NCBI RefSeq assembly: GCF_004010195.1
Contig: NC_057753.1
Location: 1,749,930-1,813,929 of the forward strand
Direction of reading: 5' to 3'
From: Chiloscyllium plagiosum
Taxonomy: Eukaryota
Length of the DNA: 64,000 nt
Both the position numbers and the translations under genes were made by a program. Shown one piece after another: positions 49,329 through 63,169 of this stretch; within the stretch, counting starts at the first letter, position 1; the number at the start of each line of letters is the position of its first letter. Under the pieces are notes generated by a model. The model did no database searches and was not told the DNA's origin. It saw only the letters and a program-made list of their open reading frames with translations.

Positions 49329-52300
49329 AACATAAACATAGAAAAGTACAGTACAGGCCAGGCCTTTCGGTCCACGATGTTGTGCCGAGGATTAACCTTT
49401 ATTTAAAATAAAATAACCTAACCTCCACACCCCTCAGTTCACTGCTGTCCACGTGCATGTCCAGCAGTCGATGAAATGTCCCCAATGACTCTGCTTCCAA
49501 CACTGCTGACGGCAATGCATTCCATGCGTTCACATCTCTCTACATAAAGAAACCTCTGAAGTCTCCTCTATACCTTCCTCCAAAACCTTAACATGATGGC
49601 CTCTCGTGTCAGTCAATCCTGCCCCGTGGTGAAGTCTCTGGATATCGACTCTATCCATGCCTTTCATTGTCTTGTACACCTCGATCAGGTCACTTCTCTT
49701 CCTCCTTCTCTCCAGAGAAAAAAAGTCCGAGCTCAGTCAACTTCTCTTCATATGACAAGCCTTTCAGTCCAGGCAGCACACTGGTAAACCTTCCTTGCGC
49801 ACTCTCCAACATCCCCGCTTCTTTCCTATAATAGGGCGATCAGAACTGGAGACAGTATTCCTATTGTGGTCTCACCAGGGTTTGTCGAATGCAGTCAAAC
49901 CTCCCGACTCTTAAACTCGAATTCCCCGTTAATGAAAGCCAAAGCACTATATGCATTCTCAACAACTTGTGTGGCAACTTTGAGGGATCTATGCACGTGA
50001 ACACCATGATCTGGCTGTTCTTCCAAACTGAGAAGAGTCCTGTCTAATCCTATATTTAGCATTCAAATTCGATCTTCCAAAATGAGTCACAGCATTTATC
50101 CAGGTTGAACCCCATCTGCTATTTCTCAGCCCAGCTCCCCATCCTGTCAATGTCACGATGCAGCCTGCAAGAGCCCTCGATGGTATCAATGGCACCTCCA
50201 AACTTTGTGTCATCGGCAAATTCACAAACCCACATCTCAATCTCCTCGTACATGTTACTTATAAAAACTACTAAGAGCAGACGTCCAAGAACAGCGCCCT
50301 GAGGGACACCACTCAATACTGACCTCCAGGCAGAGTCCTTTTCATCGAGACCCCTTCTCTGCCTTTTGTCAACCAACCAATTCTGAATCCAGAGAGCCTT
50401 TATCCCATACATCCTGGCTTTATGAATGAGCTTACCATGGGGAACCTTATCAAATGACTTGCTGAAGTCCATATACAACACATCCACTGCCTAAGCATCG
50501 TCAAGCTTTCTCGCCACTTCCTCAAAGAACTCAAAGAAATTTGTGAGGCCCTGCCCCTCGCAAAGCCATGCTGACTGCTTTTTAATAACACTATACATTT
50601 CCTAATAGTCATAAATCCTATCCCGCTGAATCATTTTCAAAACCTTGCTGACCAAAGACGTAAGACTGACTGGTCTGTAATTGCCAGGAATTTCCATATT
50701 ACACTTCTTGAAAAGAAGAACAACGTTTGCTTCCCTCCAATCCTCCGGTACGACTCCCATGGAGAGTGATGAAGCAAAGATCTTCGCCAGCGGCTTCGCA
50801 ACCTCCTTTCTCCTTTTCTGGAGCAACGTAGGTTCCAGTCAATATTGGAAAAGTTGAAGTCTCCTATAACAACAACTCTGCTGCATCTGCATTTTTTCAA
50901 ACTCTGCCAGCCTATGAGTTCTTCGATCTCAGTACTCCTGTTAGGGGGTCTGCAGAAACCCCCACTGAGGTAGCTGCTTACTTGCTCTTCCACCCATACT
51001 GACTTTGTAGACAAACCTTCCCCGATAATCGTCTTTTCAGTAGCTGTGCCCGACTCTCTGATTAGAATGGTGCACGCCGTCTGCATTCTAACGCCCCCCT
51101 TTCTTTTTAAATGTTTTGAAGCCTAGGAGATCTAGCAACTATTCCAACCAGCGTGAAACCCACGTCTCCCTCATTACCACAACATCATAGTCCCAAGTAT
51201 TGATCCATGCTCTAAGTTCATCACTCTTATTTCTGATACTCCTTGCCTTAAAGCAGACACACTTTAACTGATCCTTTTGTTTCATCACATGAAAAACGTC
51301 CCCGAGAGATTCACTACATCCGGTCACTGCCCCATCCACAACTACCCCCATCTCAGATATGTAGTTCTGGTTCCCAACCTCCTGCCAAGCTTGCTTAAAC
51401 CCTCCCAAACCAGATAAGATAATCTCCAAACCTGGATATTTGTGCCCCTTCAGTTCAGTTGTAACTTTCCTTCATGTGCAGGTCCCACCTTCCCCAGAAG
51501 ATGCCCTAAGGGGAGCATCTAAGTATCTAATGCTCTAAGTATCTGCAGCCCTCCCTCCTGCACCAGCTGCGCAGCTACGTGTTAAAGTGCACTCGCTGCT
51601 TGTTCCTTACCTCACCTCGTGTGGCCCTGGTAGAAAACCTGAGAGCTCTACTCTACTCGTCATGCTCTTCAGCTTCCAACCTATCTCTCTGTAATCACTT
51701 TTCAGATCGTCAATCGCTTTCCTGGCTCTGTCAATGGTGCCAATATGGATTATGATTTCTGGATGCTCACCCGACCCCCTTAATAATCTTGTAAACCTGA
51801 TCGGCGATATCCCAGACCCTGGCTCCGGAAGGAAACATATCTTCTGGGACTCCCATTCCTGACCAAAAAAATCCTACCACGAGTGCTTTTCTATTCTTCC
51901 CCCTTTCCTTCTGAGCCATAGTGCCAGACTCAGTGCAAGAGTCCTGGCAACTATGGCTTTGCCCTCGTAGGTTGTTCCCACCAGAAGTATCCAAAACAAT
52001 ATAGTTATTATTACTGAGGGGAACGCCACAGGGGAACCCTGCTCTGTCTGTCGGTTCCCTTTCCTCCCCCTGACTGTAACCCAGTTGTCCTTATCCTGTA
52101 TCTGAGAAGTGATCACCTCCCTGCACATCCTCTCAATTTCCCTCTCAGCCTCCCAGATTATTCGCAGTTCATCCAGCTCCAGCTCCAGTTCCCTAACTCT
52201 GTTTTTGAGGAGCTGGAGTTGGGTGCAAGTCCCATAGATGTGGCGAGCTGAGATATATGTCGTATCTCTCACCTGACACATTCTGCAGGAGGAATGTGCA

Positions 52301-52628
52301 TCTACCCTACTATCCATGCCCGGTAATCTGAAAACCCACACAGCACTACACAAGGAAGAGCGAAAAAAAAACGTGAAGAACTTACCGATTTTACAGACTC
52401 TTATTAAGGTTAGAGGAGGAGGGTGGGAGGGAGACCCAACAATATAGGGTCTCGTGTTTAGATCTCAACCACTTAAAAAAACCCACTTACCCTTGCTCTC
52501 TTCTCTCCGTCCTCTTTTCTCGCCGCTCTGTAAAAAAAGAGGCCCGACTCCTGAGGTAAGTCCCTTTGAGAGTGGAAAAACGCTCTGTACTCTGCAGCCC
52601 TCGCTTCTCTCCGCCCTCTCTCCTCGCC
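49329..52628 (-). mobile_element. 5'-complete CR1 LINE (5' UTR, ORF1, internally deleted ORF2, tail)
   Basis: ORF1 from ATG 52317 with Cys-rich/coiled-coil start (CTQLQLLKNRVRELELELDELRII) and esterase-like remnant (ALVVG, PSGARV). ORF2 LKCVCFKARS, IGDFNFSNIDW, jump at ~50828 to RKEVAKPL, DFSKSFDKVPHG, EFADDTK. Paralogous flanks rejoin across it. Confidence 0.92.
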
Positions 52629-52659
52629 AAGTACTGAAATAAATTGAAATTCTATACAG

Positions 52660-55165
52660 AAACATACTGAGTAATACTCAATTCAATTAGATCATTGTTG
52701 ATATGAGAATCCTTAACTCCATTTTTCTCTCTTTTAGCAGATTTCTTGACTCTCTTACCAATTAAAAATCTATCACAGCCATGAATCTAATTAGCTATAC
52801 AACCACTAAAGCTCTCTGTGGTAACAAATGCCACAAATTCATAACCTGCTGACAGAACAAATTCTTACTTCTTCCTGTCATAAATGTAGAAAAATATACT
52901 CTAAGATTATGCTCTTAAAATGAAACAGAAGTCAGCATCTACCCTGGCAAGACCTGTATGAAATATATGTATCAATAGTGTTATTTCTCATCCTTCTAAA
53001 CTCCATTGTTTACATCTCAATCTACTTGCGCTCTCCTCATGAAAAACAAATCCTGCCTGCCTGAGATCAGTGAATCGTCTGCAGAGTGCCTCCCATGTCA
53101 ATATTTCTTACATGAGATCGGGGGATCAAAATATTTACAGTATTCTCGGTGTGATCTAAGTGATGTTTTGCATAATTTTCACAAGACTTCCTTATTTCTA
53201 TACTCCATTCCCTGAGATAAAAACTAATATTTCAGTCTACTGGACATATATGTTAGTTTGCGTAATTAATGCACGAGGACCCCACAAATGCTTTTGTGCT
53301 GCAGTCTTTTTAGATAAAAGTGCCTCTATTTTTCGGCAAAACTCATTTTCTACATTACTTTTCCTCTACAAAATTGTTGACACTCACTTAACCTGTCTTT
53401 ATTTCTCCGCTGATATTTTGCGTCATTCTCAAACGTTACCTTCCCATGAGTTTTTTCTGATAACATATTCACTTGTCTCATTTATGTCATAAATATATAT
53501 TGTACATAATTATAGTCCCAGTACTGACAGGTATGATACTCAACTACTTGCGAATTACCATCTGGCAAATGATCCTCTTTACCCAAACTATTTTTTCTCT
53601 GAAGTAGTCAATTCTCCATCCATGGAAATGTTCGAAGTACCACGGTCGCCTCTTATTATGTAATCTTATGTGCAAGACCTCATGAAACAACTTTTGGAAA
53701 TTCAGCTGTTACTTCTTTCACACCTTTATCGGCCTGCCTGAGATATTCCCATAGAATTATAATAAATCTTTTGGCATAGTTTCCATTTGATGAAGCCACG
53801 TTGAATCAACTTGAATAGACTATGCATTTCCAAATATTCTGCAATTTCATCATTTGTAACATGTATTGACATTGCTCTTAAATGCAAAGTTTAAGCCCTC
53901 CGACTTTTTTTTTGTTTTCGTATCTTTTAGGACGTTTCCAGAAATGAAGGTGTCTTGGAAGCTTTCTACAATGCATCCATTGTCTCTGAAGAAATTTCAT
54001 TTGACGTTCTCGGACACAACCCATCAGGTTCAGCGTACAGATTGACTTCCAGCCCAAATAATTTCCACAGTATTTTTTTCTATTGATGAGAACTGCATTT
54101 ACTTCCTCGCCCATTCTTGTACATTGACTCTTTTGTAAACAAAATTCTAATCGTGGTTATTTGTATGCATGGTTCACTTCCAATCTTAACCACTCCACCT
54201 CACCTCAAACCCTTCTTGAGATTTTCTGAGGGCTACTTCTAAATTTTCACAAGACCCTTTTTCATTCCCACCACTACTTCATTTGATGAATCCAATTGGA
54301 GTATAATAACTACCTGCATCTTTGTCACCAAAAGAGTAATTTGGACACACACAAAAACATGTTGAGGAAAATTTAATAAAATCGTTAGACATCACTGCTC
54401 CAATGACCATCAATCTAAAATGCAGAACATAAGCATGATCATGTTGAATGGTCGAGCAGATGTGAGGGCCTGAATGATCTATTCCTGTTCCTGTGCCTAT
54501 TCTCTTCTGCTGATTTATATGCCACACTGTAGTAGTGCTCGACTTCTGCATAAGGAGCAACAGTCAGGAAGGCAGATAACTTCAAATGCCTGCCTTTGGC
54601 CGATATGTATGAATATTATTGCTTCAATGAAAAATGTCTGCCTCTTACCGCCATTTGAGGAACAGAGCTCCAAACCCGCAGTATTCTTTCTAGGTAGAAG
54701 TGAATTCCAGCTCTTGAATGCCCTGGTCTTAGTTCTGTCTATAACGCTTAGTTGTAGACTTTCATCCAGCGCAAATAGTTTATGTTTATCTATCCTGTCT
54801 TTCTTTCCATGCTAATGTCTTGAAAACCATGATGAGATCACTACCTTGCCTTCTAAATTTTACGGAAAACAGGCCTAATTTGTCTGATGCTTGAACTTAC
54901 TTGAACCCCTGAAGTCCAGCTAACATCCTTATAAATCGGCCTGTGGTTCCCAGATCTGCTCACAGTATTCTGCGTGGGATCTAACTCGGGTTTTGCATAA
55001 CTATAGTGCGGCATCTGCACATCTGCATCCTTTCATTGCATCTCTTTATATATGAAAGTCTGCACTGCATTCGCCTTCTTGAATTTTATCTGCACCTTTT
55101 CAAGGCATTTCAGGAGCTTTGCATCGAACCCCGCAAGTCTCATTGGACATCCACTACATTTCATT
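52660..55165 (-). mobile_element. Ancient CR1-type LINE fragments
   Basis: Paralogous to 21670-24370 and 27449-27535. Confidence 0.55.
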
Positions 55166-57299
55166 TTATGCCTTCTGAAAAATATCCTGATCTATGCAAA
55201 AGTCAGCATTACATGGACATTTTAAAAGAAATCTAAAGCACACTTCTCTCGACAAAACGTCATCACTCTAAACACAGGTTCCGTGAAAGGATGAGCTCCA
55301 TGTTAAGCTGTTGCATATTTGCCTCCAACACTCATTACATTTGAAGTGATAGATTTGTGTATGATCCTTTGAGATGTAGTAACACATTGATTGAAATCTG
55401 AGTTAAATAAAGGTGTTCAACATTAAGGTGTATGGTTGACACAGCATTCATTGCACAATACCCACGATAGTTCCACCATCTAGTCGCTTCTGCACTTTTG
55501 TAGCCTAAGGCTAGTTTTCAGATTCATACCCAAGTAATTTATTACCTCTATTTTGTGGATTTTAAGAAGTTTCAAAATGCCGTCTCCTCTTAGCAACCCC
55601 TCTCTCGATTTATAGACATCCAACCCTTTGTTGCACTCACTTTCCCAACTTTGTGGATTTCTATCCTCCTGGCCTGACAGCTCTGTTTCACATTCCATGC
55701 CAGCTACCTTTAAATCTTGACTGCCTCACTATCTCCAAAGTTCCTTACTGTTTCTCCTTATCTTCCCACTTATGCCCCAATTATAGCTGCATGATTCTCT
55801 ATCACCTTTCCCTGTCATTATGATAAACTTTTCCTGGGAATTTTAGTGGCTTTCAGGAATGAATTTTCCCACCTGTACAATGTGGTTTCACTGTTGCAAG
55901 CCAGTGGTGTTAATCGGGTGAATTCTGAAATTCTGCTGTGTGACCATTGGTCAGTTTGCTTGTTTCATTGACAAATTCGAAGACTCCATGCAATTTTAGA
56001 ATCAAATCGTTATAGTAAAGCTGCATGCTCTCTTCTTATGATTATTTTCATCAATTGCACATTGTACATAAATTGTTTACTTGCAAAATGCATCTTTGCT
56101 CATGTGGGAAGCGTCTCTGTGCTCAGCAGATTATGAGTTTGTACGGAAGACATCTGCAGATCCCTGAAAGGAGTCAGAAGCAAAGATATGTAGAACGGCA
56201 GAGCTCTTAGTAATAACTTGGCCAACTGTGCATGATTTCTCCCTCCAGCCACAATTGATTCAGCGCAATCATTAAAGAAATTCTGAGCCTCATGAGGCAC
56301 AGTTGCTTTGACACATTGAGAAAGCTGATCTTCCTTCAATGTACATTATGTTGGGGATATTGCGTTCAGTACGTTCGAGCTCTGTATTCATCTGTATCCT
56401 TGTTAAGCAACGATGATGATGATTTTAGTGTCCGTACTGTTCAACTAGTTCCACATCCGAAGTTCATATTAGGGCTGCAGAATTTTCTGCCATGGTGCTG
56501 AGAACGTCAACAGTCGGAAAGTATAGGTAAAGTAAAAGAAAGTTCCGAATTAACCTCGAGATCTTTGAAAATTATCTTGAAATTCTCTCAAATACAGTCT
56601 GAGCAAGACCTGTGAGCCAGATTGTTTCACCTGATTCAATGTTTTCTACCTGAATTTCATAGCCCATCCAACCCTTCACAGCACTCCCTCTGACAACCCT
56701 GGTGAGTTTCAGACAACGTAGGAAACCCCAATAAGAATGCAGTTGACTCAGAATGCAAGTTCCGTTAAGAACCTTTTGGCATCCTTATTCTAACCTGCCT
56801 GTCCCACTGGACCAGTATGCCTTTAAATGTGCATCAGTTCATGGGTTTATGCCACAATATTGACAAGATTACCATCTTTAAATCCTTGCATCTACCGTTC
56901 TATTAGCTATTATTAGAATTTGCTGCATCCATATTTGTAACTGGAGACCTTATAAACGTATTACACTGTGATTATGTACTTAAGTACATATAATAAATAG
57001 AACCTAATCCAAAACCAATTTTTTCATCTGCAAACTTTGAAGTTATAAACATATTATTAACATTTGTTGCAAGAACTGTAATACAATACTTACATACATA
57101 CGACAAAATGCGTCCTTTAAATCTGTAAAGAATCGAGTCACCACCATTTCATCACTTCTTTCCCACAGACAATTTTCTATAACTCCTATGACGCCAGGTC
57201 TTATTAATCCAATGGGCTTTAATTTAGCTGTTATGTAAGACGGATAGAGGTCAGGATATGGTCGGGAATGGAGGGTTGGAGTACAAAGAAAGGCTGGAT

Positions 57300-58010
57300 G
57301 AACAAAGAATAATACAGTACAGGAACAGGCCCTTCGGCCATTCAAGCGTCTGCTGACACATTTTGCATTTCCATACTAAGTCAGTCTTCACATACAGGAT
57401 TCGTATCTTTCTATTCCATTCCTATTCAACTATTTGCCCAGGTACCTCTTCGATGCTGCCATTGTGTCTGCTTCCACCAGTTCCTGTGGCAGCACGTTCC
57501 AGGCACTCATCACCCTTTGTGTGTAAATGTTGTCTTACACAACTCTTTTAAACTTGCCCCATAACCAACCCTGCATTTTGAACCTGTGTCCTTTTGCAAG
57601 TCTCCCTTCCACGCAGACAAAAAGGCTCATACTTTCCACTTTATTCATGACGTTCGCTTTCTTATATACTTCTATTCGGTCGCCTCTCAACCTCCTGCGT
57701 TCCAGTCATTCAAACTTTCCTCACAGCTACAACGTCTCATATCACGCAATGTACTGGTAAATATTTTCTGTATATTCTCCAAAGTATTCACTTCCATCTG
57801 GTAACGTGGCGATTAGAACTACACACATTATTTCAAGCGTGGCCTGACTAATGTTCTATTAACCTGCTGCATAACATGTCTATCCTTAAATTCAGTGCCA
57901 GTTCAATTGACGGCAAGTACGCCATAGGTCTTTTGCACAGCCTAATTTCTCTGTGATGTCACCTTCAGTGATTTGTGTACCTGCGCAGACAGATCCCTCT
58001 GCATTTCAAC
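57300..58010 (-). mobile_element. CR1 LINE 3' end
   Basis: gaacaaagaataatacagtacaggaacaggcccttcggcc is a reverse-complemented CR1 tail, followed by an RT C-terminal remnant. Confidence 0.8.
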
Positions 58011-58119
58011 ATCCTTCCACGTTACTCTCTGTCTCCTTTGACTACGCCAGTAGTATACATTATGGCAGCTCAGAATTAATACCATGTGACTTCTTCTTTA
58101 TATTTGTCTACCATAACTG

Positions 58120-60697
58120 ACAGTGTCAAAGGCCAACAAGTATCGATGCCATATTGGATTTGGTACTGGGTAATGAACCCGTCCAGGTGTTAGATTTGGA
58201 AGTAGGCGAGCACGTTAGCGATAGTGACCACAAATGTTTATGTTTACAATAGCAATGGGCAGGGAGAGGTATATACCGCAGGGTAAGAAGTATAACCGGG
58301 AGAAAGGGAATTGTGATGCATAGCATGTGGAAGGAAACTGCAGGGGATGGACACACTTGAAATATGGAACGTATTCTAGAAAATACTGCTGCGAGTCCTT
58401 GACAAGTATACACCTATTAGGCAGAGAGGTAGCATCGAGACATGGAGCCATGATTTACTAAAGAAGTTGAAGTTCTTGTCAACAGGAGAGGAAGGCTAAG
58501 GTGAGGATGAGGCGCGACGTCTCATTCAGGGGCTTGAGAGTTTTAAGTTAGCCAGAAAAGATCTAAAGAGAGAGTTAAGAAGAGCCAGAAGTGGACATGA
58601 AAAATTGTTGGTGGATTATATCAAGGAAAACCATAAGGCCTTCTTTCGATATATCAAGAATAAAAGAAAGACGAGAATACGATTAGGGCCAATCAAGGGT
58701 AGTCGTGGAAAATTGTGTGTGGAATCTGACGACATCGGAAGCCGTCAATTAATACTTTTCGTCAGTATTCACAGTGGAAAAAGGTAATGTTATTGAGAAT
58801 ACGAAGTTAAAGGTTCCCAGATTGGATGATATTGAAGTTGACAAAGAGGAGGTTTTATCATTTTAAGAAGATCTGAACATAGATAAGATCTCTGGGGCGG
58901 ATAGGGTTTATCCTTGGATTCTCTGGGAAGCCAGGAATGAGATTGCAGAGCCTTTGGTTTTGAACTTTATATCACCGTTGTCGACAGGAGTAGCAGCAGA
59001 AGACTCGAGGATAGCAAATGTGTTGCCTTGTTTAAGAAGAGGAGTCGGGATAACCCTGGCAATTCTAGGCCAGTGAGCCTTACTTTGGTTGTGGGTAAGG
59101 TGTTGGAAAAGCTTCTAACAGATAGGATTTATAATCATCTCAAAAGGAATAATTTGATGAGGGATAGTCAACTTGATTTTCTGAAGGGTAGGTCGTGCCT
59201 GACTAATCTTATTGAGTTCTTTGAGAAGGTGGAAAGCAGGTGGGTGATGGTGAAGTTGTTAATGTGATGTATGTGGACTTCAGTAAGATGTTTGATGAGG
59301 TTCCACGCGGTAGGCTATTGTACAAAATACGGAGTTTTGGGATTGAAGATGATTTAGCGATTTGGATCAGAAGCTGAAAGAAGACAGAAGGTGGTGGTTA
59401 ATGGGAAATGTTCATCCTGCAGATCCGTTACTTGTGGTGTGCCTCAAGGATCTGTTTTGGGGCCGCTGTTGTTTGTCATTTTTATATATGTTCTGGATGT
59501 GGGTATTTAATAAATCTGGGGGTAAGACTAAGATAGGTAGAGTTGTGGATAGTGCCGAAGGATGTTGTGGGTTACAGAGGGACATAGATAAGATACAGAG
59601 CTGGGCAGAAAAGTAGCAAATGGAGGTTAAATCGGAAACGTGTGAGGTAGTTCACTTCGGAAGAAGACACAGGAATGCAGAGTACTGGATTGATGGAAAA
59701 ATGTCTTGGCAGTGGAGATGAACAGAGGGATGTCCGTGTCCTGGTGCATAAATTCCGGAAAGTTGCCACTCAGGTTGGTAAGATTTTTAAGAAGGCACAT
59801 GGTGTGTTGGCATTTATTGGTAAGAGGATTGAGTTCTGGAGCCACGAGATCATGCTTCAGCTGTATACGACACTGGAAAGACCGCACCTGGAGTATTGCA
59901 CACAGTTCTGGTCACACATTATCAGAAGTATGTGGAAGGTTTGGAAAGGATTCAGAGGACATTTACTAGGATGTTGCCTGGTATGGAAGAAAGGTCTTGT
60001 GAGGAAAGGCTGATGGACTTGAAGCTATTGTAGTTGGAGGGAAGAAAGTTGAGAGATGACTTAATTGAGACGTAGTAGATAATCAGAAGGTTACATAGGG
60101 TGGGCAGTGAGGGCCTTTTTTCCTCGGATGGTGAAGTCTAACACGTGGAGGCATAGCTTTAATTTGAGGGATGATAGATTTAGAACAGATATCAGGGTTG
60201 GTTTCTTTGCTCAGAGGGTAGTAGTGGCGTAGAACGGCTTGCCTGCAGCAGTAATAGATGTGGGCGTAGACACTAAGGTAGTCAGAGTTGTGGATAGTTG
60301 TGAAGGATGTTTTGGGTTACAGAGGCACGTAGATGAGATGAATAGCTGCGTTGAGAAGTGGCAAATGGAGTCAAATGCGGAAATGTGTGAGGAGTTCACT
60401 TCGGAAGAAGTAACAGGAATGCAGAATACGCTAAATTGAGGGGTGATGGATTTAGGACAGATATTCTGGGTAGTTTCTTTACTCAGAGATTACTAGGGGC
60501 ATGGAAGAGCCTGCCTGCAGTAGTAGACTCGCCGATGTTAAGGGAATTTAAATGGGAATTGGACATACATATGGATAATAATGGAATGATGTAGGTTAGA
60601 TGGACATCAGATTACATTTACAGGTCGGTGTAACATCGAGAGCCGAAGGGCCTGTACTGCACTGTAACTTCCTATGTTCTATGTCCTACGTTCTATG
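58120..60697 (+). mobile_element. CR1 LINE ORF2 (late endonuclease to 3' end), rearranged near 60260-60440
   Basis: AILDLVLGNEP, IKENHKAFFRYIKNKR, RPVSLTLVVGKVLE, RSCLTNLIEFF, RPHLEYCTQFWS; tail ctatgttctatg. Confidence 0.92.
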
Positions 60698-60869
60698 TTT
60701 TACTGAAGTCCACGTGGACAACATCAAACGCTTTTTCAACATCAATCACTATCATTAAATTCTCTTTCAGACGATCACCTTTCCCTCATATTGTCTATCA
60801 CTAAAAAGTCCATTCGATTCTTTCCCTCCCACTGGAATAGGCTGTGACTTTTATCACGAGAGTGTCGGC

Positions 60870-61230
60870 AGTTGAAGAGTGACCTCATAGAAGTTTATTA
60901 AATTAGGAGGGGTTTAATAGGAGAGCTCTTTTCCTTAAGGAGGGGAGGTCAAAAGTAGGGATACATATTTATGGTGAGATGAGAAGGTTTTAAAAGGACA
61001 TGAGGTGCAACTTTTCTAGACTAATTGTTGTTAGTGTGTTGAATGAATTGCCATAGGAATGGCGAATGCAAGTTCAATTACAAAGTTTAAAGGATATTTG
61101 GATACGTACGTGAATACGAAATGTTCGGAGAGATCTCGGTCAAACACAAGCCGTGCAACTAGTTTTGTTTGGAAACATGGCTGGCGTGGAATAATTGGAC
61201 TAAATGGCCTATTTTCAGGCTCTATGCAAC
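60870..61230 (+). mobile_element. CR1 LINE 3' end
   Basis: Paralog of 7995-8410, with the same downstream unique flank. Confidence 0.75.
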
Positions 61231-62169
61231 AAAGAGGAAACACGTCCGGATATCGCAGACACATGCACATATCCGCACCCATGCTTTCATTTGGTAGAAG
61301 TAAGGTTAACTCAGGCAGAAATTCTTCAATGCGCATGCAAGTTCAAAAAGGAACAACAGAGCTTTCACTCTGAGCCACGACTCTGACAATATATCTGTTT
61401 TTGCATGTATTTGTGAAAATACATTGCAAATTCTCAAAGACAGAATGACTTTAGAATACTCATAACATTTGTTGTGGAAGTAGTGCTTAAAGTCATCTGC
61501 TGTACTGTAATTCCAGGTAATAATCATAACAATTAGGTGTTTCACCTGAGCTGAATTTGCCTCCCTTTCTTCGACTCTTGTATTATTGATTATCCTCCTC
61601 CTCTATTAGAGAAAGAATAAAAATATGCCAAGTGATTTGGCAGTTTCTCTGTCATTTTTACACTTTCTGTTAGAGTATCGCTTGAGTTTGTCTTTCAGAG
61701 CTTACCTTAATGTCAGTAACTCCGTGAGAGAATGAGACTTTCGTCTGATATCCGTTTGTAAAGCTATTCATTCCTCTTGTCAATTGAATGAGTTGCTATT
61801 GTGTCCAGTCGCTATGAAAAGCGAACGTCCTGCATTTGATGGCGAATGTTGTTCTGATTTGATTTACTAATTCGACTGCACAACCACATTTGAGGAAACG
61901 CGCTCATTACATGATTTCTTTACTACATTTTAACTTTCTCCAAGACCTACGACATTTGTTGCTCAGCATCTCTGAAAATGCATTCAACTGATCATCATTG
62001 TTTTAACTTTGAGGATCTGGTAGAAAATTGATGTTGGGAGGGGAGAACCCCAGCCACTGCATTAAACAGTGGAATAAACTCGAAGGTCGAAGAGATCTAT
62101 TGCTGCGCCTTGACTCATGTCAAGGCAGTATCAACTTCGGGGGAGCCATCATTTATTAGATTTATTTTA

Positions 62170-62440
62170 TTAATTCACCAGATGTGGACGTCGCTGTCTT
62201 GGTCAGTTTTGTTGTTCAATTTAAGAGTCATTGCTGTGCATGTGGATTCAAATGTCAAGTAGACCAGATGTAAAAGCAGCAGCCGGTTTCTCGAAAGGAC
62301 ATGAGCGAATGAATTTGTTTACCCATCAAACGTTTCATGGTCATTGGAGACACATAATTCTAGATTTGCTATTAACCTGAAATCCTACCAACCACCATGG
62401 CAGGACTTGAACAAGGAACCCCAAATCATGACTTGGTATC
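62170..62440 (-). mobile_element. SINE-like interspersed repeat
   Basis: Paralog of 33685-33935. Confidence 0.45.
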
Positions 62441-62649
62441 TGTAAAGTGCTACACTAGTTCATCAATAGGCTGGGCAAAGATGCGTCCCAGAGGTTAAGG
62501 TGATGGACTTCTTATGTAGCATGTTATGCGTGCGTTGGCTAAAATCAATGTCTCATCACCATTTCAGTCAATGTTTAACTCCGTGTTATTTCGGGATGCT
62601 TGCCCAGCTTTTATAAGAGATTTTGCTGTGGAGAAAATTTGGTTAGAGA

Positions 62650-62870
62650 GAAAACAAAACTACAGATGTTAGAATTCAAAGTAGAAATGCAGCAGACTGG
62701 AAGAAAACAGCAAGCCAGTCAGCATCAGGAGGTGGAGACGTCGATATTTTGGGAAGAAGCATTACATTCGAAACATCGGCTCCTTCATCTCATGTTGCGA
62801 CTGGCTTGCTGAGGTCTTGCAGTCTCCTGCCTGTCTACTTTGGATTCCAGCATCTGCAGTTTATTTTGTC
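62650..62870. repeat. Palindromic element made of two opposed Penelope-like tails
   Basis: aaactacagatgttagaattcaaagtaga…cagcaagccagtc is mirrored by gactggcttgctg…tctactttggattccagcatctgcagttt. Confidence 0.8.
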
Positions 62871-63169
62871 ACTAGCTTTTGTAAGAGCTAGAAAGTTCTC
62901 CTTCTCAATTTATCACACCAGAGAGCGTGTACTTCAGTGAAAAGTAGAAGAAGGGTTAAAAACCTTTTGACAAACCATTTTGGAATTTGGATTCAAGTGC
63001 CATAATGAAAAGGGGCAAGAATTTCCTTCGTTTCTTTCCTTCTATCATTATCTTATGTGAATTTGCACCCAAAGCAAAATAAACAAGAATGATGAGGAAT
63101 CGAAAGAGCAGAAGCACAAGTTTATCAATATAAAATTTTTATTTAACTATAGTTTTCATGGATTAGATG

